A stretch of DNA of 60,647 bases from Polyangiaceae bacterium (GTDB taxonomy: Bacteria > Myxococcota_A > Polyangia > Polyangiales > Polyangiaceae). Below the pieces are notes generated by a model. That model did no database searches. It was given only the letters and a program-made list of their open reading frames with translations, and was not told the DNA's origin. The position numbers and the translations under genes are program-made. The stretch lies in assembly GCA_050301735.1 (NCBI GenBank), contig JBNKZR010000001.1, positions 1 through 60,647 of the forward strand, given 5' to 3'. How positions within the stretch are numbered: position 1 is the first letter of the stretch; the number at the start of each line of letters is the position of its first letter. Positions 45,819 to 54,814 of the stretch are shown one piece after another.

Positions 45819-47552
45819 ATGAATCTGCCGCTGCAGTGGTTCGCGGTGGTCGCCAGCACCACCCTGATCAACGGCTTGTCCTTCGGCTTCCTCGCGTGGA
45901 GGGAGAAGCATCGTGCTCTAGCTTTCTGGTCCGGGGCGTGGTTCGCGTGGGCGCTCGCCATCGTCCCGCTGACGTTCTTCGAGCAGCAGCAGCCGCCTCC
46001 GCTTGCCGCCGTGGCTTGCGGCTTGCTCTGGGTTTTGTCGGCGTTGTGCTTCCTGAGCGGCGCCTATCACCTGGCCGTGCGTCGACTACCGAGGGCGTGG
46101 CTGGCGGTTGCGGCGGTTGCGGTCTTTGTCTCGATAGCGCTCGCGCTGGGGCACAAGTCCGAGATCGGCATGGTGCCGCTCGTGCTGTTCCAGAGTCTCG
46201 GCATGATGGCGACGGGTTGGCTCATCGTGCGCCGCCATCACCGGTTTGCTGGCGCCTGGCTCTGCGGGGTGGCGTTGATCGGTTTGGGCCTGCACGTGTT
46301 GGACGCGCCGATCGCCTCGCAGCGGGTGAGCTGGCTGCTTTGGGGGTTCGTGCTGGCGACGGCGCTCGAGGTGACGACCGCTCTCGGCATGCTGATGCTG
46401 TACTACGAACAAGCTCGCGTTCAGCTGCTGCACGCGCAGCGCGCCCTGGCAGACACCGCGCGTATGGAGGCGTTGGGTCGTATCGCGGGCGGCGTGGCAC
46501 ACGACTTCAACAACATGTTGACGGTGATGCAGGGGCACTTGGACCTGATACGGATGGACAGCCGCAACAAGAACATCAGTGCGGGTTCACTCGAGGCAAT
46601 GGAGGGTGCAGTGCACCAGGCAGGCCGCCTGACGTCCCAATTGCTCGCTTTCGGACAACGTTCGGTCATCCAGGCCGAGGCCGTCGATGTCCGGCGTGTG
46701 GTGGAGCGCATGTTGGAGCTGCTGCGCAAGGTGATTCCGGAGAGTATCGACGTTGGGTTCAACATAGCGCCTGGAGACTACGCGGCGTCGCTGGACCGAT
46801 CGCTGCTCGAACAAATCGTGCTGAACTTGGTCACCAATGCTCGTGATGCCATCTCCGGCGTGGGCAAGATCGATGTCGAGTTGTCGCGCAGGACCGAGCC
46901 ACAGCCTGCTTTGGTCCTGCGAGTGTCCGACGACGGCAACGGAATGGATGATGCGGTGAAGCGACGCATCTTCGAGCCCTTCTTCACGACGAAGGGCGGC
47001 GGGCGTGGCACAGGGCTCGGTTTGGCTTCAGTGCAAGGGGCGGTGTCTCAACTGGGTGGAAGCATTCAGGTCGAGTCCGGTCCAGGCAAGGGAACTCGCT
47101 TCGAGGTCGTCTTGCCTTGGGTTGCGACGAAGGAGAGCGCGGCACCCCACTCCGGCAAAGCCCGCACGCGAGGCTGCCGGATCCTGTTGGTGGATGACGA
47201 CGAGGGGGTTCGCAACGTCACCCGCAAGATGCTGGAGACCGGAGGTCATCGCGTCGACGAGGCGTCTGACGGGGCGATGGCGCTGAGCATGGCACGCGAG
47301 TGCAACTACGACGTCATCATCAGTGACGTCGTGATGCCGCTCTTGGGCGGCGTACAGCTCCGCCTCGAACTCCAACGGGTGAGTCCTGACTCGCGGGTGC
47401 TGCTGACCTCCGGATACCCTCGAGACGACGAGTTGGACTGGCAGGAGGATCAGTTTCTCGCCAAGCCGTTTCAACGTGAGGTGTTGCTGTCCACGGTCGC
47501 GCGCTTGGCGTCGGCGCGGATTCGGCAAGCGGCAGTCGCGGTCGCCGACTAG
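45819..47552 (+). CDS. Hybrid sensor histidine kinase (multi-TM sensor + HisKA + HATPase + receiver)
   Basis: ATG 45819 lies within ORF 45801..47552. H-box 'GRIAGGVAHDFNNMLTVMQG'. 'NLVTNARDA' and 'GGGRGTGLGLASV' are present. The receiver domain is 'RILLVDDDEGVRNV...DVIISDVVMP...LAKPF'. Confidence 0.9.
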   Translation: MNLPLQWFAVVASTTLINGLSFGFLAWREKHRALAFWSGAWFAWALAIVPLTFFEQQQPPPLAAVACGLLWVLSALCFLSGAYHLAVRRLPRAWLAVAAVAVFVSIALALGHKSEIGMVPLVLFQSLGMMATGWLIVRRHHRFAGAWLCGVALIGLGLHVLDAPIASQRVSWLLWGFVLATALEVTTALGMLMLYYEQARVQLLHAQRALADTARMEALGRIAGGVAHDFNNMLTVMQGHLDLIRMDSRNKNISAGSLEAMEGAVHQAGRLTSQLLAFGQRSVIQAEAVDVRRVVERMLELLRKVIPESIDVGFNIAPGDYAASLDRSLLEQIVLNLVTNARDAISGVGKIDVELSRRTEPQPALVLRVSDDGNGMDDAVKRRIFEPFFTTKGGGRGTGLGLASVQGAVSQLGGSIQVESGPGKGTRFEVVLPWVATKESAAPHSGKARTRGCRILLVDDDEGVRNVTRKMLETGGHRVDEASDGAMALSMARECNYDVIISDVVMPLLGGVQLRLELQRVSPDSRVLLTSGYPRDDELDWQEDQFLAKPFQREVLLSTVARLASARIRQAAVAVAD

Positions 47553-47623
47553 CGCTCGAGCAGCGGCTAGCATGCCCTGGGCAGCTTCCCTCGTGAGTAT
47601 TCGCGCCAGGGTGACCGTGCCGG

Positions 47624-49132
47624 CTATTCGCCGAGGGTGTCGATGATGAGCCCGCCGCCGTCGGCTTCGGAGCAACTCCCGTATTGAGCGCTCGCGAGCC
47701 AACACTCGCAGGTCGGATCGTCGGCGCAGGCATCGGGCAGGGGTGCACAGCCGTAGACGAGCACCTGCGGGCTCGGTCCGACACCCCTGCGGCTGCAGTA
47801 CTGAACTTCCGCATTGCACACGTTGTCGCCGCATGGGAGGTCGCTTGCGCAGATCCGGGCCGGGTCGTTGTCATCCGGACAGGCCGCACCCGAGAGTGCG
47901 TTGACGCAATCACCCGTACACTTGTCGCAGCATACCTCACCCTCCGGGCAGAGGGTTCCACCGCAGATCCGCTCAGCCGCGACGCCTGCCGGAGCCTCAC
48001 ACGCGGCGCCCGTGCAGTCGAGCCCACCGTTGCAGTAGTTCACACCATCACCAGGGAATGGATCGCAGCAACGTTCGCCGAGCTCATCACAACGTTCCGG
48101 GTGGCAGCTGTCGAACTCGCAGCTCTCCTCGGCGCACTGGTAGCCAGACTCCGGGTCGAGGATGCACAGTTCACCGGTAGCGCAGGTGCCGCAGGAGCCT
48201 TGCTCCACTTCCACCGCGCACGAACCGGCAACACAGACTGCCGCCTGAGCCGCGCCGCACGCGGCTCCTGGGCAACCGTCGGGACAGTCCGCGGGCTGGC
48301 AACCTGTTGGCGCCGCTTCGCCATCGGCATAGACGCACGCCTCGGCCTCCACGTAACTCCGTGCAAAAGCTTCCTGGCACTCGGGGCAACAGACGTCGAT
48401 TCGCGTTGCGAGAACGCAATCCGAGCTGTCGATGCAGGCGTATGGCTCGGAGGCGGACATCTCGCTACCGGCATCCGGACCGCCCGTAGCGGGATCGGTA
48501 TCTGGGGTCAGGGTGCCAGCTTCCGGCGCCCCGCTGTCGCTCGTCGCTGGATCCGACGAGCTGGGCTCGGAAACGGGGCCGCCGTCAGTTTCCGTAGGTG
48601 AGTTGGTACTCGCGTCGGGCATCTGGGCGTCGTTGACGGTCGGGTCGTTGCCTTCGCCGTCGGTGGCCGTGACCTCTCCGTCGGTGGAACTCGCGGTATC
48701 GGTGGTCGTTTCGTTCCCCGAAGCCGAGAGGGGGGCGCTCGGGTCGTCCGCGCCGTGCCCTTCGCAGTAGCCCCCTCGGCAAGTTTCGCTTCCGAGCCCG
48801 TCACAGTCCGAATCACTCGCACAATCGACGACGCAACTTGGCGTGCTGGCGGTGGACATGCAGCTGCTCTCACTCGTCAGCGCGGAACAGTCGTCATCCG
48901 AGTCGCACGCGAGTGAACAGACTCCGTCGAAGCAGCTGAGCTCGCCACAGTCCGCATCGTTCGCGCACGTCACCAAGAAATGTGACTCGGTTCCGACCGT
49001 CATCCGGCCCGAGTCAGTGGCATCGTCACAGGCGCTCAGGCACCATTGGGCACCGAAGGCGAGGGCGGGCCAGAGGAGGGCGGAGGTTAGGCGACTTCGT
49101 CTGGTACTTGAACGTTTACGATTCCGTTTCAT
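47624..49132 (-). CDS. Cys-rich secreted lipoprotein (54 Cys by my count) with an acidic Thr/Ser/Asp linker
   Basis: 502 aa. Signal plus canonical lipobox 'AFGAQWCLSAC'. The N-module is 'CANDADCGELSCFDGVCSLACDSDDDC...CASDSDCDGLGSETCRGGYC'. A ~110-aa low-complexity linker follows, then a ~270-aa Cys-dense C-module. The start overlaps the upstream gene by 17 nt. Confidence 0.7.
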   Translation of the reverse strand: MKRNRKRSSTRRSRLTSALLWPALAFGAQWCLSACDDATDSGRMTVGTESHFLVTCANDADCGELSCFDGVCSLACDSDDDCSALTSESSCMSTASTPSCVVDCASDSDCDGLGSETCRGGYCEGHGADDPSAPLSASGNETTTDTASSTDGEVTATDGEGNDPTVNDAQMPDASTNSPTETDGGPVSEPSSSDPATSDSGAPEAGTLTPDTDPATGGPDAGSEMSASEPYACIDSSDCVLATRIDVCCPECQEAFARSYVEAEACVYADGEAAPTGCQPADCPDGCPGAACGAAQAAVCVAGSCAVEVEQGSCGTCATGELCILDPESGYQCAEESCEFDSCHPERCDELGERCCDPFPGDGVNYCNGGLDCTGAACEAPAGVAAERICGGTLCPEGEVCCDKCTGDCVNALSGAACPDDNDPARICASDLPCGDNVCNAEVQYCSRRGVGPSPQVLVYGCAPLPDACADDPTCECWLASAQYGSCSEADGGGLIIDTLGE

Positions 49133-50168
49133 GCTCGTTCTCCTTGGGGCCGCGCGAGCGGCTCGAACCCGCGAAAGCGGTCGCTTCTGGGTTACTGTCC
49201 TCTTCGTTGGACTGTTCGATGACGTGCTGACCCGCGTAGCAGACGACCCGCTTGTGGGTGGTCGGTACGCCGACGGCCTCGTTGTGGTTCTCCAGGCGTC
49301 GCCCGAGATCGCTCAGCTCGGCGCGTAGACGACCGAGAGTTCCGATGACCTCCGCTTCGAGAGGGTGCCCATCCCACACCTCGAAGGTGTACGTCGCCCC
49401 ACCGCAGCTCTGCGCGGGGTCGTGCTCATCCTGTTGAAGGCGGGCGGATATGGTTCGCACCAGCGCGTGATAGTGATCGAGGACGGCAGCTTCCCAGCCC
49501 TTGCTGCTGCCGAGTGGGATGTGGAATCGGGTGCCGCGCAATTGGCCAGATTCGGTGATCTCGACCTGGCGCTGCTGCACCAGCCGCGCCACACACTCCT
49601 GGAAGTCGGGTTCCGTCAAGCCACTCCTCTGCAGTAGCTCGCGACGTTCGAAAGGGCCTTCGCGATAGATGAGCACGGATAACAGTTCGTCGCGACCTTC
49701 ACTGTTGTGAATGCGAGCGTAGCGGGCCTCTTCCTCGCCCACCGCGCGGAAGACCGTCGCATCTCCGGCGCCGCTGCTGAAGATCAACCCCGTCTCCGTC
49801 AGGTCGTGCAGCAGCCCGCGGATCGTGACAGGCTCGTCGCGGTTGAAGCGCGTGAGCACTTCAGCGCGCGTGACGACCGGTTTCGACGCGACATAGTCCA
49901 AGACCGCTTGCCACAGAGACTGACCGCGTTCCGTGGAGCTTTCGCTCAGGCGCTGCAACTTGCGGATGTAGGCCCGGAGCGCCATTCCAAACATGTCCGC
50001 GCTGACCTTGCGACTGACTCCCTGGTCACTCAGCTCGCGGGAGAGATCGACGAACACCTGATTGGCGATGTGTGACAGGGGCGCCCTCAACCCCCCGGCG
50101 GTCGCGAGCTGAGCGATGAGCACCGTCGTTTGTCGCATGACGGCATCGATCAAAAGCTGCGTGTTCAT
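49116..50168 (-). CDS. Hypothetical cytoplasmic protein, possibly winged-helix DNA-binding
   Basis: Lies in ORF 49116..50705; the likely start is ATG 50168 (MNTQLLIDAVMRQTTVLIAQLA...). Two wHTH-like stretches are '...VVTRAEVLTRFNRDEPVTIRGLLHDLTETGLIFSSG' and 'ELLQRSGLTEPDFQECVARLVQQRQVEITESG'. Family not recognised. Confidence 0.55.
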   Translation of the reverse strand: MNTQLLIDAVMRQTTVLIAQLATAGGLRAPLSHIANQVFVDLSRELSDQGVSRKVSADMFGMALRAYIRKLQRLSESSTERGQSLWQAVLDYVASKPVVTRAEVLTRFNRDEPVTIRGLLHDLTETGLIFSSGAGDATVFRAVGEEEARYARIHNSEGRDELLSVLIYREGPFERRELLQRSGLTEPDFQECVARLVQQRQVEITESGQLRGTRFHIPLGSSKGWEAAVLDHYHALVRTISARLQQDEHDPAQSCGGATYTFEVWDGHPLEAEVIGTLGRLRAELSDLGRRLENHNEAVGVPTTHKRVVCYAGQHVIEQSNEEDSNPEATAFAGSSRSRGPKENEHETES

Positions 50169-50271
50169 AGCTGGTCCTCGATTGCTGCTCTCATTGGAGC
50201 GGTGCGTGTGTTCAAGCTGCCACGGCCCCTCTGCGTGGGGGAGTGTCCATTGGGTCACCCACCCCGATCCT

Positions 50272-50290
50272 CGTATTCTCGGAGAATACG
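50272..50290. promoter_or_regulatory. Perfect 19-bp palindrome (candidate operator) in a divergent promoter region
   Basis: CGTATTCTC-G-GAGAATACG is AT-richer than its surroundings. It lies 104 nt upstream of ATG 50168 (minus) and 161 nt upstream of ATG 50451 (plus). Confidence 0.4.
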
Positions 50291-50450
50291 CCCCGAAGGC
50301 GCACAGCTCGCCCGGCGCCTCTTGGATTGGCGCCAGGCCCAGCTCGGTTCGGCGCTTGGTCGAGGGCCAGCTTCGTGCTACAGGCAGGCGGCTCCGAAAC
50401 GTCCCGGGGCAGCCCCCAGGCCCCGCGTTGTGACGCACTCCCGCCAGCTC

Positions 50451-51023
50451 ATGCCTTCTCTTCTGCCATTGTTCCAGTTCCGAACCGTCCACCTCGCAGC
50501 GTGTCTGAGCTTCGCCTTGCTGGCGTTCTCGGTGTCCCCGGCCAAGGCGGACGTGGCGTCGTGGATGTACGCGGGCGCCGGGCTGTCGCGCGTGGAGCGT
50601 GACGGGAGCGCCTCGGAGCGAAGCGCACTTCAACTCGACGCGGGTTTCGGTTCGTCCCCCTACGGTGCTCTGGTCTTCGGTGGGGTGTTGAGGACGCTGA
50701 CCCACTTCAGAGGGGGCACGGACTTGGCCATCTTGCAGCGGACGACGTCCGGCGGTTTCTCGCGTGGTGACTGGGGCCTTGCATTAGATATCGGGGGTTA
50801 TCAGCGTTGGTGGGGACGCGACTCCTCGGGCGGCATGGCTTCCCTCTGGCTGGGGGCTCCTTGGGGCCTGCAGGTCGGCGTCACCGGCGGAATGGGAACC
50901 GGAGACGTGCAGACTCTAGCCTTCACCGTGGGGCTCGATTGGGCTCGAGCGACGGCTCATCGTGAACCCGGTCAGAGCTGGTGGCGCAATTACATTCTGC
51001 CGCGCCACGTCGAGCGCCATTGA
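50451..51023 (+). CDS. Secreted Gly/Trp-rich protein, small beta-barrel-like
   Basis: ATG 50451 lies within ORF 50130..51023. Signal peptide 'MPSLLPLFQFRTVHLAACLSFALLAFSVSPAKA'. Alternating hydrophobic patterns include 'DWGLALDIGGYQRWWG' and 'LWLGAPWGLQVGVTGGMG'. No family recognised. Confidence 0.5.
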   Translation: MPSLLPLFQFRTVHLAACLSFALLAFSVSPAKADVASWMYAGAGLSRVERDGSASERSALQLDAGFGSSPYGALVFGGVLRTLTHFRGGTDLAILQRTTSGGFSRGDWGLALDIGGYQRWWGRDSSGGMASLWLGAPWGLQVGVTGGMGTGDVQTLAFTVGLDWARATAHREPGQSWWRNYILPRHVERH

Positions 51024-51040
51024 GCCCGGCCCTCGTCGCT

Positions 51041-52399
51041 TCAGCCTGCCGCAACGGCGAGCACGTCGCAGAGTCGGTCCAGTTGGGCTCGGGTGTGCTT
51101 TTCCGTGACTGCTACCAGGATTGAATCTGCCCAGTCCTGTCGTGCTTGTCCCAGGTCGTAGCCTGGGATGACGCCGTGTTTCTTGGCTTCGGCGACTACG
51201 TGACGAGCTGAGTGACGCTCACAGTGCACGACGAACTCGTTGAAGACCGGAGCCTGACTCGGAACCGAGCAGCCATCGAGCTGGTTCAGGCGAGTCTTGA
51301 GATAGTGCGCCTTGGCCAGGCAGTGCTTCGCGGTCTGCACGAATCCCGTTTTGCCCAACATGCTGACGCGAATGGTCATCGACAGCGCGAGCAAGCCTTG
51401 GTTCGTACAGATGTTGCTGGTCGCGCGTTCACGGCGAATGTGTTGCTCACGTGTCGACAGGGTAAGGACGTAGCCGCGCTTGCCGCTTTCGTCCACCGTC
51501 TCACCGCAAATGCGTCCTGGTAGCTGTTGCAGGTACTTGCGGTCGCTGCGACAAGCGAACAACCCGACACCCGGGCCTCCGAAACTCGGGGGACAGGCCA
51601 ACGCTTGCCCCTCTCCCGTCGCGATGTCGACACCGCACTCACCAGGTGACTTCACCACTGCCAGTGCGTACGGCTCCGTAGTACTCGAAATCAGTAGGCC
51701 GCCGCTCCCGTGCACGGCTTGCGCCAGCTGCGATAGGTCGCACAAGGTTCCGCGGAACGACGGATAGCCGACGACCACGGCCGCGGTGCGTTCGTCGAGG
51801 TGCGCACTCAGCGCTCCGATGTCGCAATTGCCGTCTACCGCTGCGGGGACTTCGACCAACTCTGCTTGGCTCTGGCCGGAGAGAAACGTTCGAATCACCT
51901 CCCGGTACTGTGGATGCACGCAGCCGCTGAGCAGAACTCGGTTTCGTCGTGTCAGCCGACGCGCCATCTGCACGGCCTCTGCCGCTGAGGTGGCACCGTC
52001 GTACATGCTGGCGTTTGCCAGGGGCAAGCCGTAGAGCTCACTGACGATGGTTTGGAACTCCCAAATCGCTTGCAGCGTGCCTTGCGCGACTTCGGGCTGA
52101 TAGGGGGTGTAGGCCGTGTAGAACTCGCTTCGCTGCAGTAGCTGGTCGACAGCCGGCGGCACGTGGTGATCGTAGATCCCGGCGCCCAGGAAGCTCAGCA
52201 TCCTCGCGCCGGAGTTCTCGCTCGCCAACTCCGTCATGACGCTCATGAGCTCCGGTTCGCTCAGAGCCGTGGGCACGGCGAGCTGCCCTGAGAAGCGGGC
52301 GTCTTTCGGAACGCTCTCGAACAACTCGTCAACCGAGCCGACGCCGATCGCGTCCAGCATCTGTCGGATCTCGGAAGGGGTGTGAGGTAGATAGCGCAT
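51041..52399 (-). CDS. gcvPA: Glycine dehydrogenase (decarboxylating) subunit 1
   Basis: 452 aa. 'MRYLPHTPSEIRQMLDAIGV' and 'FLGAGIYDHHVP' are present. The length is right for the split P-protein alpha subunit. Confidence 0.93.
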   Translation of the reverse strand: MRYLPHTPSEIRQMLDAIGVGSVDELFESVPKDARFSGQLAVPTALSEPELMSVMTELASENSGARMLSFLGAGIYDHHVPPAVDQLLQRSEFYTAYTPYQPEVAQGTLQAIWEFQTIVSELYGLPLANASMYDGATSAAEAVQMARRLTRRNRVLLSGCVHPQYREVIRTFLSGQSQAELVEVPAAVDGNCDIGALSAHLDERTAAVVVGYPSFRGTLCDLSQLAQAVHGSGGLLISSTTEPYALAVVKSPGECGVDIATGEGQALACPPSFGGPGVGLFACRSDRKYLQQLPGRICGETVDESGKRGYVLTLSTREQHIRRERATSNICTNQGLLALSMTIRVSMLGKTGFVQTAKHCLAKAHYLKTRLNQLDGCSVPSQAPVFNEFVVHCERHSARHVVAEAKKHGVIPGYDLGQARQDWADSILVAVTEKHTRAQLDRLCDVLAVAAG

Positions 52400-52483
52400 G
52401 CGTATTCGAATCTCGTCGAGGGTCGGAGCCGCGGGGGTGGCTGGCTGGAGCCTAGTCTCGCCGTCGAGGGCCTGTAGCGGGTC

Positions 52484-52885
52484 TCAGTCGTCCGACTCTT
52501 CCGTGTGCTGCTGGTACTCGCCGCTGGCCATCAGCGCGTCGAGCGCGCCGGTATCATCGCACTTGATCTTCACCATCCATCCCTTTTCCCAGCAGTCGTC
52601 GTTGACCAACTCGGGAGCGTCTTCCAGAGCAGTGTTGAGCTCGAGTACTTCGCCGGAAACCGGCGCGAATAGATCGCTCAGGGTCTTGACGCTTTCGATG
52701 GTGCCGAATGGCTTGTCAGCTTCCAGTTTGTCGCCAGGTTCGACATCGAAGTTCACGAGCGTGATGTCACCGAGCTGGTCGACGGCGAACGCCGTGATGC
52801 CCACGAGCAGCACGTCGCCTTCCAGTTTCGCCCACTCGTGTTCTTTGGTGTACTTGCGGTCTTCTTTGACTTCGGTTTGACTCAT
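52484..52885 (-). CDS. gcvH: Glycine cleavage system H protein
   Basis: 133 aa. 'YTKEHEWAK', 'VGITAFAVDQLGDI' and the lipoyl-lysine context 'GTIESVKTLSDLFAPVSGEV' are present. Confidence 0.95.
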   Translation of the reverse strand: MSQTEVKEDRKYTKEHEWAKLEGDVLLVGITAFAVDQLGDITLVNFDVEPGDKLEADKPFGTIESVKTLSDLFAPVSGEVLELNTALEDAPELVNDDCWEKGWMVKIKCDDTGALDALMASGEYQQHTEESDD

Positions 52886-52942
52886 GCTTCCTCCGAGCGG
52901 CCAGCTTTCTTCGCCGCGCGCAGACGATCACAGGCGGTGGTT

Positions 52943-54043
52943 TCAGGGCTTGGGTTTGGGACGTCGGTAGAACGGCGTGGGGACGACCTGGGCGGGGACT
53001 TGGCGCCCTCGACAATCGATGACGATGGCAGTGCCGGGTTCGGTCAGGCGAACCGGCACGTAGCCGAGCCCGATGTTGGTGCCCAAGGTGGGGGCAGGGC
53101 TGCCTGAGGTGCAGCGACCTACGACCTGCCCGGCCTGATCGAGGATGGGGTAGTCGTGGCGGGCGATACCGCGCCCCTTCATCTCGAAGCCCACGAGGCG
53201 TCTGGTGAGGCCGTGCTCTCGTTGCGCCTCCAACGCGGCTTTGCCGATGAAGCTCGGCTTGTCGAACTTCACGGTCCAGGACAAGCCCGCTTCCAAAGGG
53301 GTGGTCGTTTCGTCGATGTCGTTGCCGTAGAGGCTCAACGCTGCTTCCAAGCGTAGGGTGTCACGCGCCGCCAGGCCACACGGCGCCGCGCCACGTGCCA
53401 CGAGCTGCTCGAAAAGGGCGGGCGCGTGGGCGTTGTCGCAGAAGAGCTCGACGCCATCTTCGCCGGTGTAGCCGGTGCGTGCGACTCGAACGGCACCGTA
53501 CTCGCTGTCGAAGCGCAACGTTCTGAACTTGCGAACTTCGTCGAATAGCGGGCGCCCGAACAGGCCACTCAGGAGCTCACCGCTCTTGGGCCCTTGCACT
53601 GCGAGCAGGCAAGTCGCGTCACTCTCGTCGGTGAGTTTGGCGTCGCCTTGCAGGTTGCCTGCGACGTGCGGCACGATCTTGTCGCGGTTGGACGCGTTGC
53701 AGACGATCAGGATGTCATCGGTCGCGAGGCGGTAGACGATGAGGTCGTCGAGTATCGTACCCTGCTCGTTGCAGCAGCAGGTATAGAGCGCCTGGCTGTC
53801 TTGCAGGCGGGCCAAATCGTTCGTGATGAGCTCGTTGACGGCGGTCAGAGCTGCGCTGCCGCGAACCGCGAGCTCCCCCATGTGGGACACGTCGAAGACA
53901 CCGACGGAGTCCCGCACCGCGGCGTGCTCGGCCTTCACGCCAGCGTACTGGATCGGCATTTCGAAGCCCGCGAAGGGCACGAGCTTTGCCCCGAGCTTCC
54001 GATGCAGGTCGTACAACGGGGTGCGTTTGAGCTCTGATGCCAC
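52943..54043 (-). CDS. gcvT: Glycine cleavage system aminomethyltransferase T
   Basis: 366 aa, GTG start. 'LKRTPLYDLHRKLGAKLVPFAGFEMPIQY', 'EHAAVRDSVGVFDVSHMG' and 'ARTGYTGEDG' are present. Confidence 0.95.
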   Translation of the reverse strand: MASELKRTPLYDLHRKLGAKLVPFAGFEMPIQYAGVKAEHAAVRDSVGVFDVSHMGELAVRGSAALTAVNELITNDLARLQDSQALYTCCCNEQGTILDDLIVYRLATDDILIVCNASNRDKIVPHVAGNLQGDAKLTDESDATCLLAVQGPKSGELLSGLFGRPLFDEVRKFRTLRFDSEYGAVRVARTGYTGEDGVELFCDNAHAPALFEQLVARGAAPCGLAARDTLRLEAALSLYGNDIDETTTPLEAGLSWTVKFDKPSFIGKAALEAQREHGLTRRLVGFEMKGRGIARHDYPILDQAGQVVGRCTSGSPAPTLGTNIGLGYVPVRLTEPGTAIVIDCRGRQVPAQVVPTPFYRRPKPKP

Positions 54044-54298
54044 CCAAGCTCGCTATCGCGAACATGGCCCAAGTTCAACGACAAAGCACTCGCCCTACCA
54101 GCGGACGAGAGGAGCCCATCCCCGGCCCACGCGTCGAGGTGGGTCACTGCTTCCGGCACACCCGGGGATACCGTCTGCCTGGACGTCTCAGTGGAGCGTT
54201 TCCTCGCTCGGGCGTTCGGGTGCGCTGCGTTGCGCCTCGTGCCCGTTTCGTAGAGGGCTCTTTCACGGCCGAGTCAGGCGCCGAATCGACGCCGCTGC

Positions 54299-54814
54299 TC
54301 AGTAGACCTTCAGGCGGTCTTTCTGGGTTCCGTCTTGCTGCAATCCTGCGCGCTCCCAACGCTGCTCCTCGGACAGACCTTCGACCACGGGAGCTCCCGT
54401 GATATCGGAGATGCGCACTTTGCTTCGTTTGCCGTGCTTGCTGATCACGATGCGGTAGATGTGCTTCTTCTCGTCGCCGCGAATGTACGCTCGTGGGAAC
54501 ACTGCCTGACTGGTGCCCATTTCGACGGCGGCTACGGCGACGTGCTGCTTGTAGTAGCTGACCAGCTGCGAGATGCCCAGCGCGCCATCGAGCTGTGCCA
54601 CGTCGGTGAAGCGCGCGGTCACTCGCATGCCACGAGGAACCTCGATACCGAAGGTGAGCTCGGTGTCTGGCAAATGCTCCCCCGGCGCCAGGTGGTCCGG
54701 TGGGGGAGCCGCCGGTTGCTGTTCGACTCGTTGCTCGTCCCGACAGCTGGAAGCCAAGGACACGAGCAACAGCCCGCCGCACGTCGTCGCGACTACTCGA
54801 AAATTGGCGCCCAT
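54299..54814 (-). CDS. Hypothetical lipoprotein, last gene of the pilY1 operon
   Basis: Lies in ORF 54299..54826; start is ATG 54814 or 54826, both inside the pilY1 3' end. Signal 'RVVATTCGGLLLVSLASSC'. There is no CxxCH or other recognisable motif. Confidence 0.55.
   Translation of the reverse strand: MGANFRVVATTCGGLLLVSLASSCRDEQRVEQQPAAPPPDHLAPGEHLPDTELTFGIEVPRGMRVTARFTDVAQLDGALGISQLVSYYKQHVAVAAVEMGTSQAVFPRAYIRGDEKKHIYRIVISKHGKRSKVRISDITGAPVVEGLSEEQRWERAGLQQDGTQKDRLKVY

Noticed and set aside
54044-54298. Glycine riboswitch upstream of gcvT
   Set aside because: Not called as a feature. Stems are present, but I could not find the conserved GGAGAG and ACCGAAGG(G/A)GCAA cores, only partial resemblance. 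It is kept as a low-interest finding to be settled by cmscan.
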